64,000 nucleotides of DNA from a bacterium. Its GTDB lineage: Bacteria; Omnitrophota; Gorgyraeia; Zapsychrales; Zapsychraceae. The stretch is from assembly GCA_030429765.1 (NCBI GenBank), contig JAUIER010000006.1, positions 23,925-87,924 on the forward strand. The letters run 5' to 3'. Below the pieces are notes generated by a model that saw nothing but the letters and a program-made list of their open reading frames with translations, ran no database searches and had not been told where the DNA came from. Position numbers and translations under genes: made by a program. Within the stretch, counting starts at the first letter, position 1; each line of letters starts with the position of its first letter. This document shows, one piece after another, positions 37,567 through 47,647 of the stretch.

Positions 37567-38592
37567 CTAAGCGCCGCTTTGATAATCAAATTTGTCGTCA
37601 AACTGCTCCATACTTTCGGCGACCTTGCCGGTCTTGTCGAACGTCGCCACATGAAACAGCGCGTCACCCTGGTTGACCAGCGGCATCTGCGTGTTCCCGA
37701 CGATGATCCCCTTGCCCTTGGAAACTATACGAATGTCATTATTACCCAACGGGTCCGAGATCACGCCCAGCACATCTCCGGGACTGACCAGGCTGCCGAG
37801 CTTTTTCTTGATGATCAGGATCCCGCTGTGCGGCGCCCGTTCCCAGTAGCTGTCATTCGTGGTGTACGACTTGACCCGCTTGACGCGTTTAGGGTCCGCG
37901 GGAATCATCTCCAGCGCGCGCATCACCGACAGCACACCGCCGAGTCCGCAGCGGATCGACACCTCGTTATAGCGCAGCGGTTCGCCGCCCTCAAATACCA
38001 GCAGCGGAATATTGCGTTTAAACGCCTCCATCCGCAGCGACCCCTCGATCAAATCCGCGTTCATAATCACCGGCACGTCAAACTCATTGGCCAGCCGGCT
38101 GACCTGCGGATCCTTGAGACACGCGCGGATCTGCGGCAGATTGGTGCGGTGCAGCGAGCCGGTGTGCAAATCAATCCCATGCGTGCATTTGTCGACGATC
38201 TCACTGATAAACAGATGCGCCAGACGCGCGGTCATCGATCCCTTCTTGGCCCCCGGGAAACAGCGATTCAGATCGCGCCGGTCGGGCAGATATCGATTCA
38301 TATTGTTGAATCCGAAGACATTCACGATCGGAATCGCGATCAGCGTGCCCCGTAACTTCTTCAACGCCTTGTTCTTTAACAGGCGTTTGATAATCTCAAT
38401 GCCGTTGACCTCATCGCCGTGAATCGTCGCGCTGACAAACAGCGTCGGTCCATCCTCCTTGCCGCGGATGACCTTAATCGGCATATACATATCGGTAAAA
38501 TCGTAAAGCTTGGCGACGAAGAGATTGATATTCCGGGTTTCCCCGGGCAGGACGGTTTGTCCGCCGATCTGAAATTCGGATGCGTCACTCAT
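37567..38592 (-). CDS. succinylglutamate desuccinylase/aspartoacylase (AstE/AspA) family zinc deacylase
   Basis: Zn-binding HGDEVNG motif with a downstream His. Sits 3' of a rimK-like gene, a known conserved association. Confidence 0.7.
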   Translation of the reverse strand: MSDASEFQIGGQTVLPGETRNINLFVAKLYDFTDMYMPIKVIRGKEDGPTLFVSATIHGDEVNGIEIIKRLLKNKALKKLRGTLIAIPIVNVFGFNNMNRYLPDRRDLNRCFPGAKKGSMTARLAHLFISEIVDKCTHGIDLHTGSLHRTNLPQIRACLKDPQVSRLANEFDVPVIMNADLIEGSLRMEAFKRNIPLLVFEGGEPLRYNEVSIRCGLGGVLSVMRALEMIPADPKRVKRVKSYTTNDSYWERAPHSGILIIKKKLGSLVSPGDVLGVISDPLGNNDIRIVSKGKGIIVGNTQMPLVNQGDALFHVATFDKTGKVAESMEQFDDKFDYQSGA

Positions 38593-39768
38593 CTATGAGG
38601 CCTTTCGTTTACGCCGGCGTTTACGTTTCTGCACGATCAGCGAGCGCATATTTTCGAGTTTACCAAAACACAACAACAAATCGCCTTCCTGTAAATCGCG
38701 CGTGATCTTGGGATTGGAGATGGTGGTTGTCTCACGTTTGATGCTCATGATGACAATGTCTTTGTCCCGGAATCCGATCTCTTCGATTGTTTTTCCGATC
38801 ATCTCCGAATTCTTGAGGATATGAATCTCGGCCACGCCGTATCCTTTGTCCAGCGTCAGCCGCTGACGTAAATCAATCTCCGGAAAGTTACTCTGCTTCT
38901 CGAGAAACTCGACCATCGCGCCGGCGACATCCACCCCCGTCGCCCGCTCAATCCCTTCGAGTCCCGGTGAGGAGTTGACCTCCATCACCTGCGGACCGTC
39001 ATCGCCTTCGAGCATATCAACCCCGGCAATATTAAGCCCCATGATCTGAGCCGCCCGAACGGCGGTGCGTTTATAAGATTCATCCAGATCGACTTTCTCA
39101 ACCCGGCCGCCACGATGCACATTACTCCTGAATTCATCACCCTGGGCCACACGCCGCATCGCCGCGATCACATGCCCCCCGACGACGATCGCGCGGATAT
39201 CACGCCCCTTACTCTCTTTGACAAACTTCTGGATCAATACATTCTGCTTGGTGCTATGCAATGTCTCAATAATGGCCTCGGCCACCTTATTGGTATCCGC
39301 CAGGATCACTCCGATCCCCTGTGTTCCCTCAAGCAATTTGATGACCACCGGCGCGCCGCCTAATTCCTCAATCGCGCCCAGGATCGACTCTTTACGCTTC
39401 ACGAAAATCGTCTGCGGAAACCCGATGTTATGACGGGCGAGCAATTGTGTGGAGCGCAACTTGTCGCGGGCCGTGGCAATCCCCAACGATGAATTCAAAC
39501 AATACAATCCCATCTCCTGAAACTGACGTAACACGGCTGTCCCAAAAAATGTAATCGATGCCCCGACGCGCGGAATGACCGCGTCATAATGCGGGAACAA
39601 CTTGTTTTTGTAGAACAGCTCGGGATTGCCCTTTTCAACATTGATCGAAAAGTCCAGCGGATTGAACACCCTGACATCATGTCCCCGTGCCTTACAGGCC
39701 TCTCGTAATCGTCGCGTGCTATACAATCGCGGTCCGCGTGATAAAATCACAATCTTCATATTCTGCAT
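38593..39768 (-). CDS. rimK: RimK-family ATP-grasp alpha-L-glutamate ligase with C-terminal extension
   Basis: RimK N-terminus MKIVILSRGPRLYSTRRLREACKARGH and an ATP-grasp core. Extra ~90 aa C-terminal ending in a poly-basic tail. Confidence 0.8.
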   Translation of the reverse strand: MQNMKIVILSRGPRLYSTRRLREACKARGHDVRVFNPLDFSINVEKGNPELFYKNKLFPHYDAVIPRVGASITFFGTAVLRQFQEMGLYCLNSSLGIATARDKLRSTQLLARHNIGFPQTIFVKRKESILGAIEELGGAPVVIKLLEGTQGIGVILADTNKVAEAIIETLHSTKQNVLIQKFVKESKGRDIRAIVVGGHVIAAMRRVAQGDEFRSNVHRGGRVEKVDLDESYKRTAVRAAQIMGLNIAGVDMLEGDDGPQVMEVNSSPGLEGIERATGVDVAGAMVEFLEKQSNFPEIDLRQRLTLDKGYGVAEIHILKNSEMIGKTIEEIGFRDKDIVIMSIKRETTTISNPKITRDLQEGDLLLCFGKLENMRSLIVQKRKRRRKRKAS

Positions 39769-39783
39769 AGTAGCTCTTTTCTG

Positions 39784-40239
39784 TTAAATGTGTTTACGGG
39801 CTGATTTGTTTCCCAGTAAATATCCATGATCAACGTCGACGAGAAATTCATCTTCGATGGCCGTCCGTCCGATCAGCATCCGGAAGGTCATCTCTTCACG
39901 CCCCATGATATTAATCTTGACCTTACGGACGACCGGTCCCATTTTAAGCGTGGTTTCCACATAGTACCGGCGGGTTCGGACGCCGATGCTGGATTTAACC
40001 TTACCTTGCCGCGCCACTTCGGCCACGATACGTTTGCGGCGCTTTTCTTTTTTGTCCAGGACCAGATAAAAACTGATCCGTCCGTCGCCGAGATCCTTGA
40101 TATCCTCACCGTGCACCGAACAGCTCTTGGCGCCGGTATCGATCTTGGCCTTGAGATGACGAATCCCCCATTCGGGAAGATCCACATATTCCCGCCATCC
40201 GATAATGCGTTTGTCTTTTCGCACCATAATTACATCCAT
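39784..40239 (-). CDS. COG4067 retropepsin-like putative protease (RimK-associated)
   Basis: IGWREYVDLPEWGIRHLKAKIDTGAKSCSVH (DTGA aspartyl-protease-like motif). Third member of the conserved RimK triad. Confidence 0.55.
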   Translation of the reverse strand: MDVIMVRKDKRIIGWREYVDLPEWGIRHLKAKIDTGAKSCSVHGEDIKDLGDGRISFYLVLDKKEKRRKRIVAEVARQGKVKSSIGVRTRRYYVETTLKMGPVVRKVKINIMGREEMTFRMLIGRTAIEDEFLVDVDHGYLLGNKSARKHI

Positions 40240-41282
40240 CCTTTGCGCTTGAAGAAAATAATCATGCCCAGTCCAACACTGACCATGACGCCCACCGCCA
40301 CAAAATAACTGTAGCGCCACTTGAGCTCCGGCATGTATTCAAAATTCATCCCATAAATCCCGGCAATAAATGTCAACGGTATAAACAGCGCGGAGAAAAT
40401 CGTCAGGACCTTCATCACCTCGTTCATCCGGTTGCTGATCGTCGACAAATAAATATCATGCAGACCCGAAACGGCGTCGCGAAACGCCTCAAGTGTGTCG
40501 TTGACCTGAATCGAGTGATCATAAACATCACGTAAAAATACACCGATCGCCGGATCAATCAGCGCTGATTCCATCCGGTGAAAATTGGCCAGCACCTCGC
40601 GCAACGGCCAGATCTGTTTGCGTAAAAAAATCACCTGTGTCTTCAACCGGTAAATCTTCAGTGATATGTTATTATCCGCCTTGTCCAATAACTCACTTTC
40701 CAGGGCATCGATACGTTCCCCCATCCGTTCCAGCACGACAAAATAGTGATCGACGATCGCGTCCAACAGCGCGTAGGCCAAATAATCCGCCTTCATCTTG
40801 CGTATCCGGCCGCGGCTCTCCCGGATCCGTTCCCGCACGGTTTCAAACACATCGCCCTCCCGCTCCTGAAATGAGATCACATAATTCTCGCCGATCACCA
40901 AACCGATCTGCTCGGCGACAATGTCATCGGAGGCCTTGTCAAAATAGATCATCTTGAGCACCAAAAACAGATATCCTTCATATTCCTCAATCTTCGGACG
41001 CTGTCCCAAATTGACCACGTCTTCCAGAACCAGCGGGTGTATGCCGAAATGCTCGTCGATCTTACGGATCACATCGGCATCATTTCCGATGATATTGATC
41101 CAGCTGACAGACCCGGTATCACGGCAGCTGAAAGATTCCTCGATGGAGGACAACGGCTTTTCGGTAATGTCGCCGGCGTCGTAATCGATGAGTTCAATTC
41201 GTGTCGGCTGATCAGATTTATCAGACTCTATTGATCCGGGTACCGCCCCGACGCGTATTTTCTTTTTGTAAAGCAACGGCAT
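40230..41282 (-). CDS. corA: magnesium/cobalt transporter CorA
   Basis: Two C-terminal TM helices with the GMN signature in YGMNFEYMPEL. Confidence 0.85.
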   Translation of the reverse strand: MPLLYKKKIRVGAVPGSIESDKSDQPTRIELIDYDAGDITEKPLSSIEESFSCRDTGSVSWINIIGNDADVIRKIDEHFGIHPLVLEDVVNLGQRPKIEEYEGYLFLVLKMIYFDKASDDIVAEQIGLVIGENYVISFQEREGDVFETVRERIRESRGRIRKMKADYLAYALLDAIVDHYFVVLERMGERIDALESELLDKADNNISLKIYRLKTQVIFLRKQIWPLREVLANFHRMESALIDPAIGVFLRDVYDHSIQVNDTLEAFRDAVSGLHDIYLSTISNRMNEVMKVLTIFSALFIPLTFIAGIYGMNFEYMPELKWRYSYFVAVGVMVSVGLGMIIFFKRKGWM

Positions 41283-41285
41283 GTT

Positions 41286-42173
41286 TTACTCCTTGGATGA
41301 TTTCGGTTGAAGAACCTCTATCGCCGGGGTCATCTGCAAATGCAGATCACGCTGCGGGAACGGAATGCGGATGTCTTTTTCCCGGAAGGCGGCATCAATC
41401 TTGAAATTAATATCACTGCGTAAAATCCTTTGTTTCTCGGGCGTACCGGTCCAGACGAGCAGATCAAAGTTCAATGACGAGTCACCAAACTCCAAAAACC
41501 GGACTTCCGGCTTCGGATCGTTGAGCACATCAGGATTAGCCTCGGCCACATCCAGCAGCGTCTGACGCACCAACTCCACATCTGATCCGTATGCCACACC
41601 GACGGGACAATGAATACGGATCCGCGGATCTTCGATCGACCAGTTTAAGACATCATTCTCGATAAATTTTGAATTGGGGACAATAACGGTGACATTGTCA
41701 AACGTTCGGATGCTGGTGGATCGCATGTTAATACTTTTGACTTCGGCAATGCTGTCTCCGTGTTTGATCAAATCTCCAACACCCACCGGACGTTCAAAGA
41801 GCAGGATTAACCCGGAGATAAAATTCGACGTGACATTCTGTAAACCGAAACCGATCCCCACACTTAAAAATCCAAATGTCACCGCCAATGTGGAAAAATT
41901 CAGCCCCACACACTGGGCGGCCAGAAAGACCCCCAAAACAACAAAGGTGTAGTGAACAATCCGGTTCAGCGAGTAGATCACCGAACTTGAAACCTTACGT
42001 CTGCGTTTTTTAAGCCTGATACTGATGATCTTCTGTGTGATCGATGACACGATGAGCGCGCCGATAAAGATAATAATACCGACACCCACACCGCCGATTG
42101 TCACGGCCGTGTCACCGATATGAAAGATAGGATAATTGATGACTTTAAAAATACTCTCGAGATTGGCGCTCAT
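41286..42173 (-). CDS. mechanosensitive ion channel (MscS family)
   Basis: Three N-terminal TM helices, then the MscS beta-domain (PFIGDLIKxG-like VGVGDLIKHGDSIAEVKSINMRSTSIRTFDNVTVIVPNS). Confidence 0.8.
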   Translation of the reverse strand: MSANLESIFKVINYPIFHIGDTAVTIGGVGVGIIIFIGALIVSSITQKIISIRLKKRRRKVSSSVIYSLNRIVHYTFVVLGVFLAAQCVGLNFSTLAVTFGFLSVGIGFGLQNVTSNFISGLILLFERPVGVGDLIKHGDSIAEVKSINMRSTSIRTFDNVTVIVPNSKFIENDVLNWSIEDPRIRIHCPVGVAYGSDVELVRQTLLDVAEANPDVLNDPKPEVRFLEFGDSSLNFDLLVWTGTPEKQRILRSDINFKIDAAFREKDIRIPFPQRDLHLQMTPAIEVLQPKSSKE

Positions 42174-42282
42174 TTGACCTCCTCTGAATGGTATATCCCC
42201 CGTTGAATTGTAAACATCTTTAGCGGGAGATTACAAGGATAATTCTCAGGCTTTGCCCCTCCGCCTATTTCAACCGCCGGGA

Positions 42283-45200
42283 TTATTCCACCATCATAAT
42301 CGCCCCCCGCTTCGGACCATATGGCGGGAAAATCCAGAATGGTGTGGTCTCCGCATCATCGTTGCCACCGCTGTTGATCGAGAATTGGGCTGTAATATCA
42401 TTCGATGACGCCTCGGAATCCTGCACATCCAGGAAGCTCGTGGATTGATCTCCCGCGGTGACATTAATGTCAAACCGGGTGCCCGGTGTGCTTGATCGCA
42501 GCTGCAATCGTCTTGCCGGCCCGGTCCCAAACATGGTCAATGTATTGGAAATCGTGATCGTGGAGCTTTGGCCGACCGTTAGGGTATCGGCTGAGTTGGC
42601 CACTTTCTGAAGATTATAAAACGTTTCACCCGCCGGAATATCCTGATCTGTTCCATCCAGAATGACTGTCCCCTGATGTTCATCAAACGCCCCGCCAAAA
42701 TTCAGCCAATTGCCATTGAGATTCACCGTCCGGTCATTGGTCACATCCACATCCAGCTCGCCCGAGAATAATCCCAACGTTCCATTCACATCCAGGTCGT
42801 CCTGCAGCGTATACATCCCGAGATTCATATTCGGCATATCACCATTGGCCAGTCGGCTGGCTTCGGCCGCTCCAAGCACACGATTGTAAATCCTCATTTC
42901 ATCCAGGGTTCCCACAAAAATCTGACCGGTATCAAATCCGCCGCCGACAGAATCCTGCTCCTGGGCAAACATCAGCCCTCCATCATCAATGGAAACCGTC
43001 GACATTGTCAAACTTTGAGGGTTTTCATCGTCGGCGACTCCATCGATATATAGATTGACCTGATTGTTGGCATCATCCCTCACCATCATCACGTGATGCC
43101 ACACATTGTCTGCAATAGATGTGATCGTCCACGTGACATTACCCGCTCCGGCATAGAAACTCGGCGCAGTATCTGATGTGAAGAAAATCAGATATTCATT
43201 ATTAGACGAAGCATTGGCCCCGGAGATCACCGCCGCGTTACCCGTACGGGTGGTCCGCATCCAGAAGGCGGCTGTAATATCTCCAAGCCCGTCAATCGTC
43301 GTGTTAGGTATCGTCACATATTCATCTGTGGATGTTGTATTAATGTCTAACGAATAGGTATTGGCAAAATTGACCGGAACAGGTGTAACCCAATCTCCGG
43401 CATCGACGTTAAAGTATGTTCCATGTCGATTATACCCTGAATGATCCAGCGCCGTTGAGCCTGTACCTTCATCAAATTTCCAGTAACCGACCAGTCCGTC
43501 ATTCAGTGTCAAATCATTAAAACTCTGACCATTAGACGTTATTGTCTCCGTGTTTGTGGAGGTGAGCATCACTTGTCCCGAGGAAGTGAACGATCCGCCC
43601 GTCGCATCCCATGATCCGTCGACAAATATTGAATTGGATCCCATCGTAAATACGCCGTTGATATCGATATCGCCCAATGTCGTAGCGGCTCCCGGCGCAT
43701 ATGTTGTCCCACTCCAAATATACATCTCCTTGTCCGAGGCCATCGTTAATATTGTTCCATTCATCGTATAGAAGTCTGTAATATCTGTATCTCCGTTGTT
43801 ATCAGCGGTAGCAAAGTCAGTATTGGTGATAGAACCTGTGTTGAGCTGCCGGACGATCAACCGGTCTTGATACAGATCAACACCGGATTGGGATCCTGAT
43901 TGCGCCTCCAGCACCGCCAGGGCCTGCTCGGGTTCACCGTCGAGATAAACAGTCAAGATATCGCCGGCGACATAGTTCAGACCGCTGATTGAATAATTTC
44001 CGCTCGCGTCCGTATCGTCCGTACCCGATGCGGCAGCCCCATTGATCGAGACAGCCACTGTTTTGGCCGCTCCGATGTTTGTCGTTCCCTCATCGGTGAA
44101 GACGGTCCCGCTCAGAATGGCTCCGACAAAGTTCCAGTTGGTATTTCCGCCGCTGTTGGTGTTTGTGCCGTCAAAGGCGATGATCTCGCTGCCGCCGGAC
44201 GCATTCGAATTTTGCACGTCCACATAACTGGCCTGACCGACACCGGTTACATCCAAGGTCCAGACCGATCCGACATTCAGATCAATCAAATCGCCTGATT
44301 CTCCGGTCAATGTCATATCCCCACCCACCGTGACATCGATACCGGCCAAACCGGCCGCGACGTTTTGACTGCTCACGCCCATGGTCCAATTGCCGGTGAT
44401 CGAGGCATCATTGGTATTAAAGTCCCAAGTTCCCGACGGTATACTCAATGTACCGTTGACCGTCAGATTAGCCCCCAGCTGATATTCATCCGTGTCGCCA
44501 TCATCTGAGTTGATAATCAAATTATGATAGGTTGAAGACAGTGTCGTGATTGTATACGTATCGGCCGCCGTGTCATCGTCTCCTCGATAAATGACGGTCG
44601 AGCCTGAGTTAATATTCACGGTGCTCGTCGTAATCGTCTGTCCGCCCGAAAGATCCAATGTTCCTCCGTCTCCCACGATCAATGTGCTTGTTACACTAAA
44701 GTCGTTGGCTTCGATATCAAAATCACCGTAGACATCCAAATCAGGCGTAGTGACCGTCCCGCCGGGTGTAAACACATTATCTCCCGGCCAGATGTACAGA
44801 TCATACCCCGCGCTGACCGTCAGATTACCGGCAGAGATAGAATATGCGCCCGTAATATCCGCATCACCATTGTTATCGGCTGTGGCCAAATTTGTATTTG
44901 TAACCGGCGCTCCGAATTCGCTACGGACAATCAAGTGATTCTCATACAGATCCACATCGGTTTTATTCCCCACGCCCGCCGCAACCACCGTCACTGCTTT
45001 TTCGGTTTCTCCATCAATGTAAATAGTCAGAATGTCACCCGGCACCGTCGATATCCCCGTAAATCCATAATCACCGTTGGCATCGGTCACATCTGTCGCC
45101 GCGGCAGCCGCCCCATTGATGGATATGGCAACCGTAATGCCTGATCCAATATTAGTCACACCCTCATCGGTGTACACGGTACCGCCGATATTCACCGGCA

Positions 45201-46800
45201 GGTTAAAATCCCAATGTGGAATCGACTCACCGTCATCATTACCGCCGTCATTGGTGGAATTCACGGCAACCACACTGAATGTTGACGTTTCGGAATCTCT
45301 CACCCGCACAAAATTCACCACCTGATCTTTGTCCGTGATATCCAGTTCAAATCGTGTTCCCGGTGTATCGGATCCCAGCCCCAGCAGCTGTCCGGAGGCT
45401 CCTTCCAATTTTAATGTTCCATCAATCGTCACGGTCGCGTCGGCCGTAAACGTGATTGTACTCGCCGTGGAGATAGTTTTGGCCAGATTGTAGAATGTTT
45501 CGTCATTCACGATATTCTGAGCGCCGCCGTCGAGCGTGACCGTTCCCTGTTGTCCCATAAATACACCCCCCTGATTAACCCAATCGCCAGCCAAGGTCAC
45601 TCCATAGTTATTGGTTGAATCAACATCCAGAACACCTGAATTTAGATAAATGTCTCCATCAATATCTAGTTGATCCTGCAAGGTGAATGTCGCCCCGCTG
45701 AGATACAGAATATCCCCGTTAGCCAATGTCGCTATTTCGGCCGTCGTCAACGCCCGATTATAGGCCCTCCACTCGTCGATCTGTCCATCATAGTAATTAC
45801 CCAATCCTCCAGAGCATCCGCTGTCGACGTCCGTTCCGATGTATACAGGACATGTATCGAAATTCAGCACACCTGCATCATTCGCAGTTGTTGCATCCTG
45901 GATCCCATTGATATAGTGCCGTATGGTTGACCCGGACCGGGTGACCGCCACATGAGTCCAGACATTCGTCGACAGTGTCGAGGTACTGTTCATTCGACTG
46001 GTGTTGTTGGTAAATGTATTCAGCCGACCGCTGGATACACGGAAGATCAGCTCATTCTGCCCGCCTGAATTTGGAGACATCACAATCATTTCGTCGGACG
46101 TGGAATCCACATTAATCCACGCGGCGTAGGTGAAATCTCCCGTGGGCAGCTGAGGACTGTTGATCGCCACATAATCGCTGTCGCCATCCAGGTCTACACT
46201 GCGAAGGTTCGGGAAATTTAACGTCGGGATAGCCGTATTGCTGGCCGCCGTACCATTCCATGTGCCATCGCGTCCAAATCCGGATGAATCACACGCATCG
46301 TTGACCCCACCTGAACAGGTATTTGCCGACGTTTCATCGAATTTCATGTAGATGATCAGCCCGTCGTTGATTACCACATCATTGAAGGCGTCATTGTCCG
46401 GATCGATGGTTTCGTTATCCGTGGAGCTGAAGATCACCGTTGATGTCGCGGCACTGAATGTTCCTCCGGTATTGCTCCATGCCCCGTCGACAATCAGCCG
46501 ATTGGATCCCGCCGACAAGGTTCCGCCCGCACCGATGGTGACATCGCTGACCGAATGGTCCGCGCTCAAGGTGACGGTATGTGAGTCAATGGTGGCGGTA
46601 TCGTTGATCCCCGGATAATCTGTCCCCTCGGTACAGCTGACCGCACAGGCCCCGCCCCACGTCGTCCCGATATTCCAGTTGCCGGTCGCCGCATCATTAA
46701 AGGCCGCCGCATACACGAAGACCGCAGACAGACTCATACCCATAAACAGCATGACTGCCACGATACTCTTTAACCAATTGTGAATGCGTCTGGTTTTCAC
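42283..46800 (-). CDS. giant cell-surface protein with LamG/concanavalin-like domains and internally duplicated repeat modules
   Basis: 1505 aa with an N-terminal TM/signal. LamG_3-like blocks (DEWRAYNRALT, DEMRIYNRVLG). Long internal duplication (INGAAAAATDVTDANGDYGFTG... vs INGAAASGTDDTDASGNYSISG...). Confidence 0.65.
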   Translation of the reverse strand: MKTRRIHNWLKSIVAVMLFMGMSLSAVFVYAAAFNDAATGNWNIGTTWGGACAVSCTEGTDYPGINDTATIDSHTVTLSADHSVSDVTIGAGGTLSAGSNRLIVDGAWSNTGGTFSAATSTVIFSSTDNETIDPDNDAFNDVVINDGLIIYMKFDETSANTCSGGVNDACDSSGFGRDGTWNGTAASNTAIPTLNFPNLRSVDLDGDSDYVAINSPQLPTGDFTYAAWINVDSTSDEMIVMSPNSGGQNELIFRVSSGRLNTFTNNTSRMNSTSTLSTNVWTHVAVTRSGSTIRHYINGIQDATTANDAGVLNFDTCPVYIGTDVDSGCSGGLGNYYDGQIDEWRAYNRALTTAEIATLANGDILYLSGATFTLQDQLDIDGDIYLNSGVLDVDSTNNYGVTLAGDWVNQGGVFMGQQGTVTLDGGAQNIVNDETFYNLAKTISTASTITFTADATVTIDGTLKLEGASGQLLGLGSDTPGTRFELDITDKDQVVNFVRVRDSETSTFSVVAVNSTNDGGNDDGESIPHWDFNLPVNIGGTVYTDEGVTNIGSGITVAISINGAAAAATDVTDANGDYGFTGISTVPGDILTIYIDGETEKAVTVVAAGVGNKTDVDLYENHLIVRSEFGAPVTNTNLATADNNGDADITGAYSISAGNLTVSAGYDLYIWPGDNVFTPGGTVTTPDLDVYGDFDIEANDFSVTSTLIVGDGGTLDLSGGQTITTSTVNINSGSTVIYRGDDDTAADTYTITTLSSTYHNLIINSDDGDTDEYQLGANLTVNGTLSIPSGTWDFNTNDASITGNWTMGVSSQNVAAGLAGIDVTVGGDMTLTGESGDLIDLNVGSVWTLDVTGVGQASYVDVQNSNASGGSEIIAFDGTNTNSGGNTNWNFVGAILSGTVFTDEGTTNIGAAKTVAVSINGAAASGTDDTDASGNYSISGLNYVAGDILTVYLDGEPEQALAVLEAQSGSQSGVDLYQDRLIVRQLNTGSITNTDFATADNNGDTDITDFYTMNGTILTMASDKEMYIWSGTTYAPGAATTLGDIDINGVFTMGSNSIFVDGSWDATGGSFTSSGQVMLTSTNTETITSNGQSFNDLTLNDGLVGYWKFDEGTGSTALDHSGYNRHGTYFNVDAGDWVTPVPVNFANTYSLDINTTSTDEYVTIPNTTIDGLGDITAAFWMRTTRTGNAAVISGANASSNNEYLIFFTSDTAPSFYAGAGNVTWTITSIADNVWHHVMMVRDDANNQVNLYIDGVADDENPQSLTMSTVSIDDGGLMFAQEQDSVGGGFDTGQIFVGTLDEMRIYNRVLGAAEASRLANGDMPNMNLGMYTLQDDLDVNGTLGLFSGELDVDVTNDRTVNLNGNWLNFGGAFDEHQGTVILDGTDQDIPAGETFYNLQKVANSADTLTVGQSSTITISNTLTMFGTGPARRLQLRSSTPGTRFDINVTAGDQSTSFLDVQDSEASSNDITAQFSINSGGNDDAETTPFWIFPPYGPKRGAIMMVE

Positions 46801-46801
46801 T

Positions 46802-47515
46802 TTATGTGTCCGGACCTGACTCTGGTTTATCTAGCTTGCGTTGTTCTAAAATTTCTCGAACGTCCCTGTCTGCGATGACATATTTTCGTCCGACCTTGAT
46901 CGCCGGGATCCTGCCCAGACGGATCTGTTTGAATACGGCAATTCGAGTGACGCCCATTTGATGTGCCAATTCCGGAACGGACCATTGACGATCCGCCGAT
47001 TCCTGTTGTGGATCCACCGCGATAACATAGCCCCGTCCCACGCGACGGGCTTCCAGCATCCCATTCTTCACCCGTTTGTAGATGGCGATACGGCTCACAT
47101 TCATCAAACGCGCGTACTCTGGAATGGACAGATACTCTCTAGCCGTGTGTATGGCCTCGGTTTTATGACTCTGAATCTCCTCAATGTCCGAGCGCGCAAT
47201 CACGTAGTGCCGACCGACTTTGCGGGCCTTGAGCTGTCCGCGCTCTATCCGTTTGGATATCGCGGACCGGCTCACACCCAGAATGCCAGCCGCTTCCATG
47301 ACGGATACATATGCGGCGGCCTGGTGAAGTTCTGATCTGGCTGATGAGATGTGGTCTTTGAAGAATGATTCGGGGATCGCGTAGCTGCGTCCGATCTTGA
47401 TGGCTGGAATTTGCCGCCGCTGAATGCGTTTAAGGACACCGACCCTGGATAAAGCCAGGATTCGGGCGGCTTCTATGGTCGAAATGTAATTGGGCTTGAA
47501 TGCTGACATGGTCAC
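46802..47515 (-). CDS. DNA-binding protein with four tandem excisionase-type HTH (HTH_17) domains
   Basis: Four ~55-aa repeats of xxxEAARILGVSRxAIxKRIxRGxLxAxKVGRxYVI. Its stop abuts the LamG gene start with 1 nt between them. Confidence 0.55.
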   Translation of the reverse strand: MTMSAFKPNYISTIEAARILALSRVGVLKRIQRRQIPAIKIGRSYAIPESFFKDHISSARSELHQAAAYVSVMEAAGILGVSRSAISKRIERGQLKARKVGRHYVIARSDIEEIQSHKTEAIHTAREYLSIPEYARLMNVSRIAIYKRVKNGMLEARRVGRGYVIAVDPQQESADRQWSVPELAHQMGVTRIAVFKQIRLGRIPAIKVGRKYVIADRDVREILEQRKLDKPESGPDT

Positions 47516-47523
47516 AACGATCT

Positions 47524-47597
47524 GGTTAACCGCTTGGTTAACAATGTCTACTATTGATAACTATTTTGCCGTAATTTTTGGTTAACTAGAGTTAACC
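47524..47597 (+). promoter_or_regulatory. cluster of four GTTAAC palindromes upstream of the 4xHTH gene (candidate operators)
   Basis: GGTTAAC at 47524, 47536 and 47580, and GTTAACC at 47591, all within 75 bp of the start codon. Confidence 0.35.
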
Positions 47598-47647
47598 TAT
47601 CTTATAATACCATTTGGAGGGTATTCGGATAGAAAAAATGCGGGATT

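Noticed and set aside
42283-46800. Possible CRISPR-like periodic repeats inside the LamG gene and at 36126-36210
   Set aside because: The repeats are protein-coding module duplications or 8-11 bp direct repeats without spacers. No CRISPR array is present.
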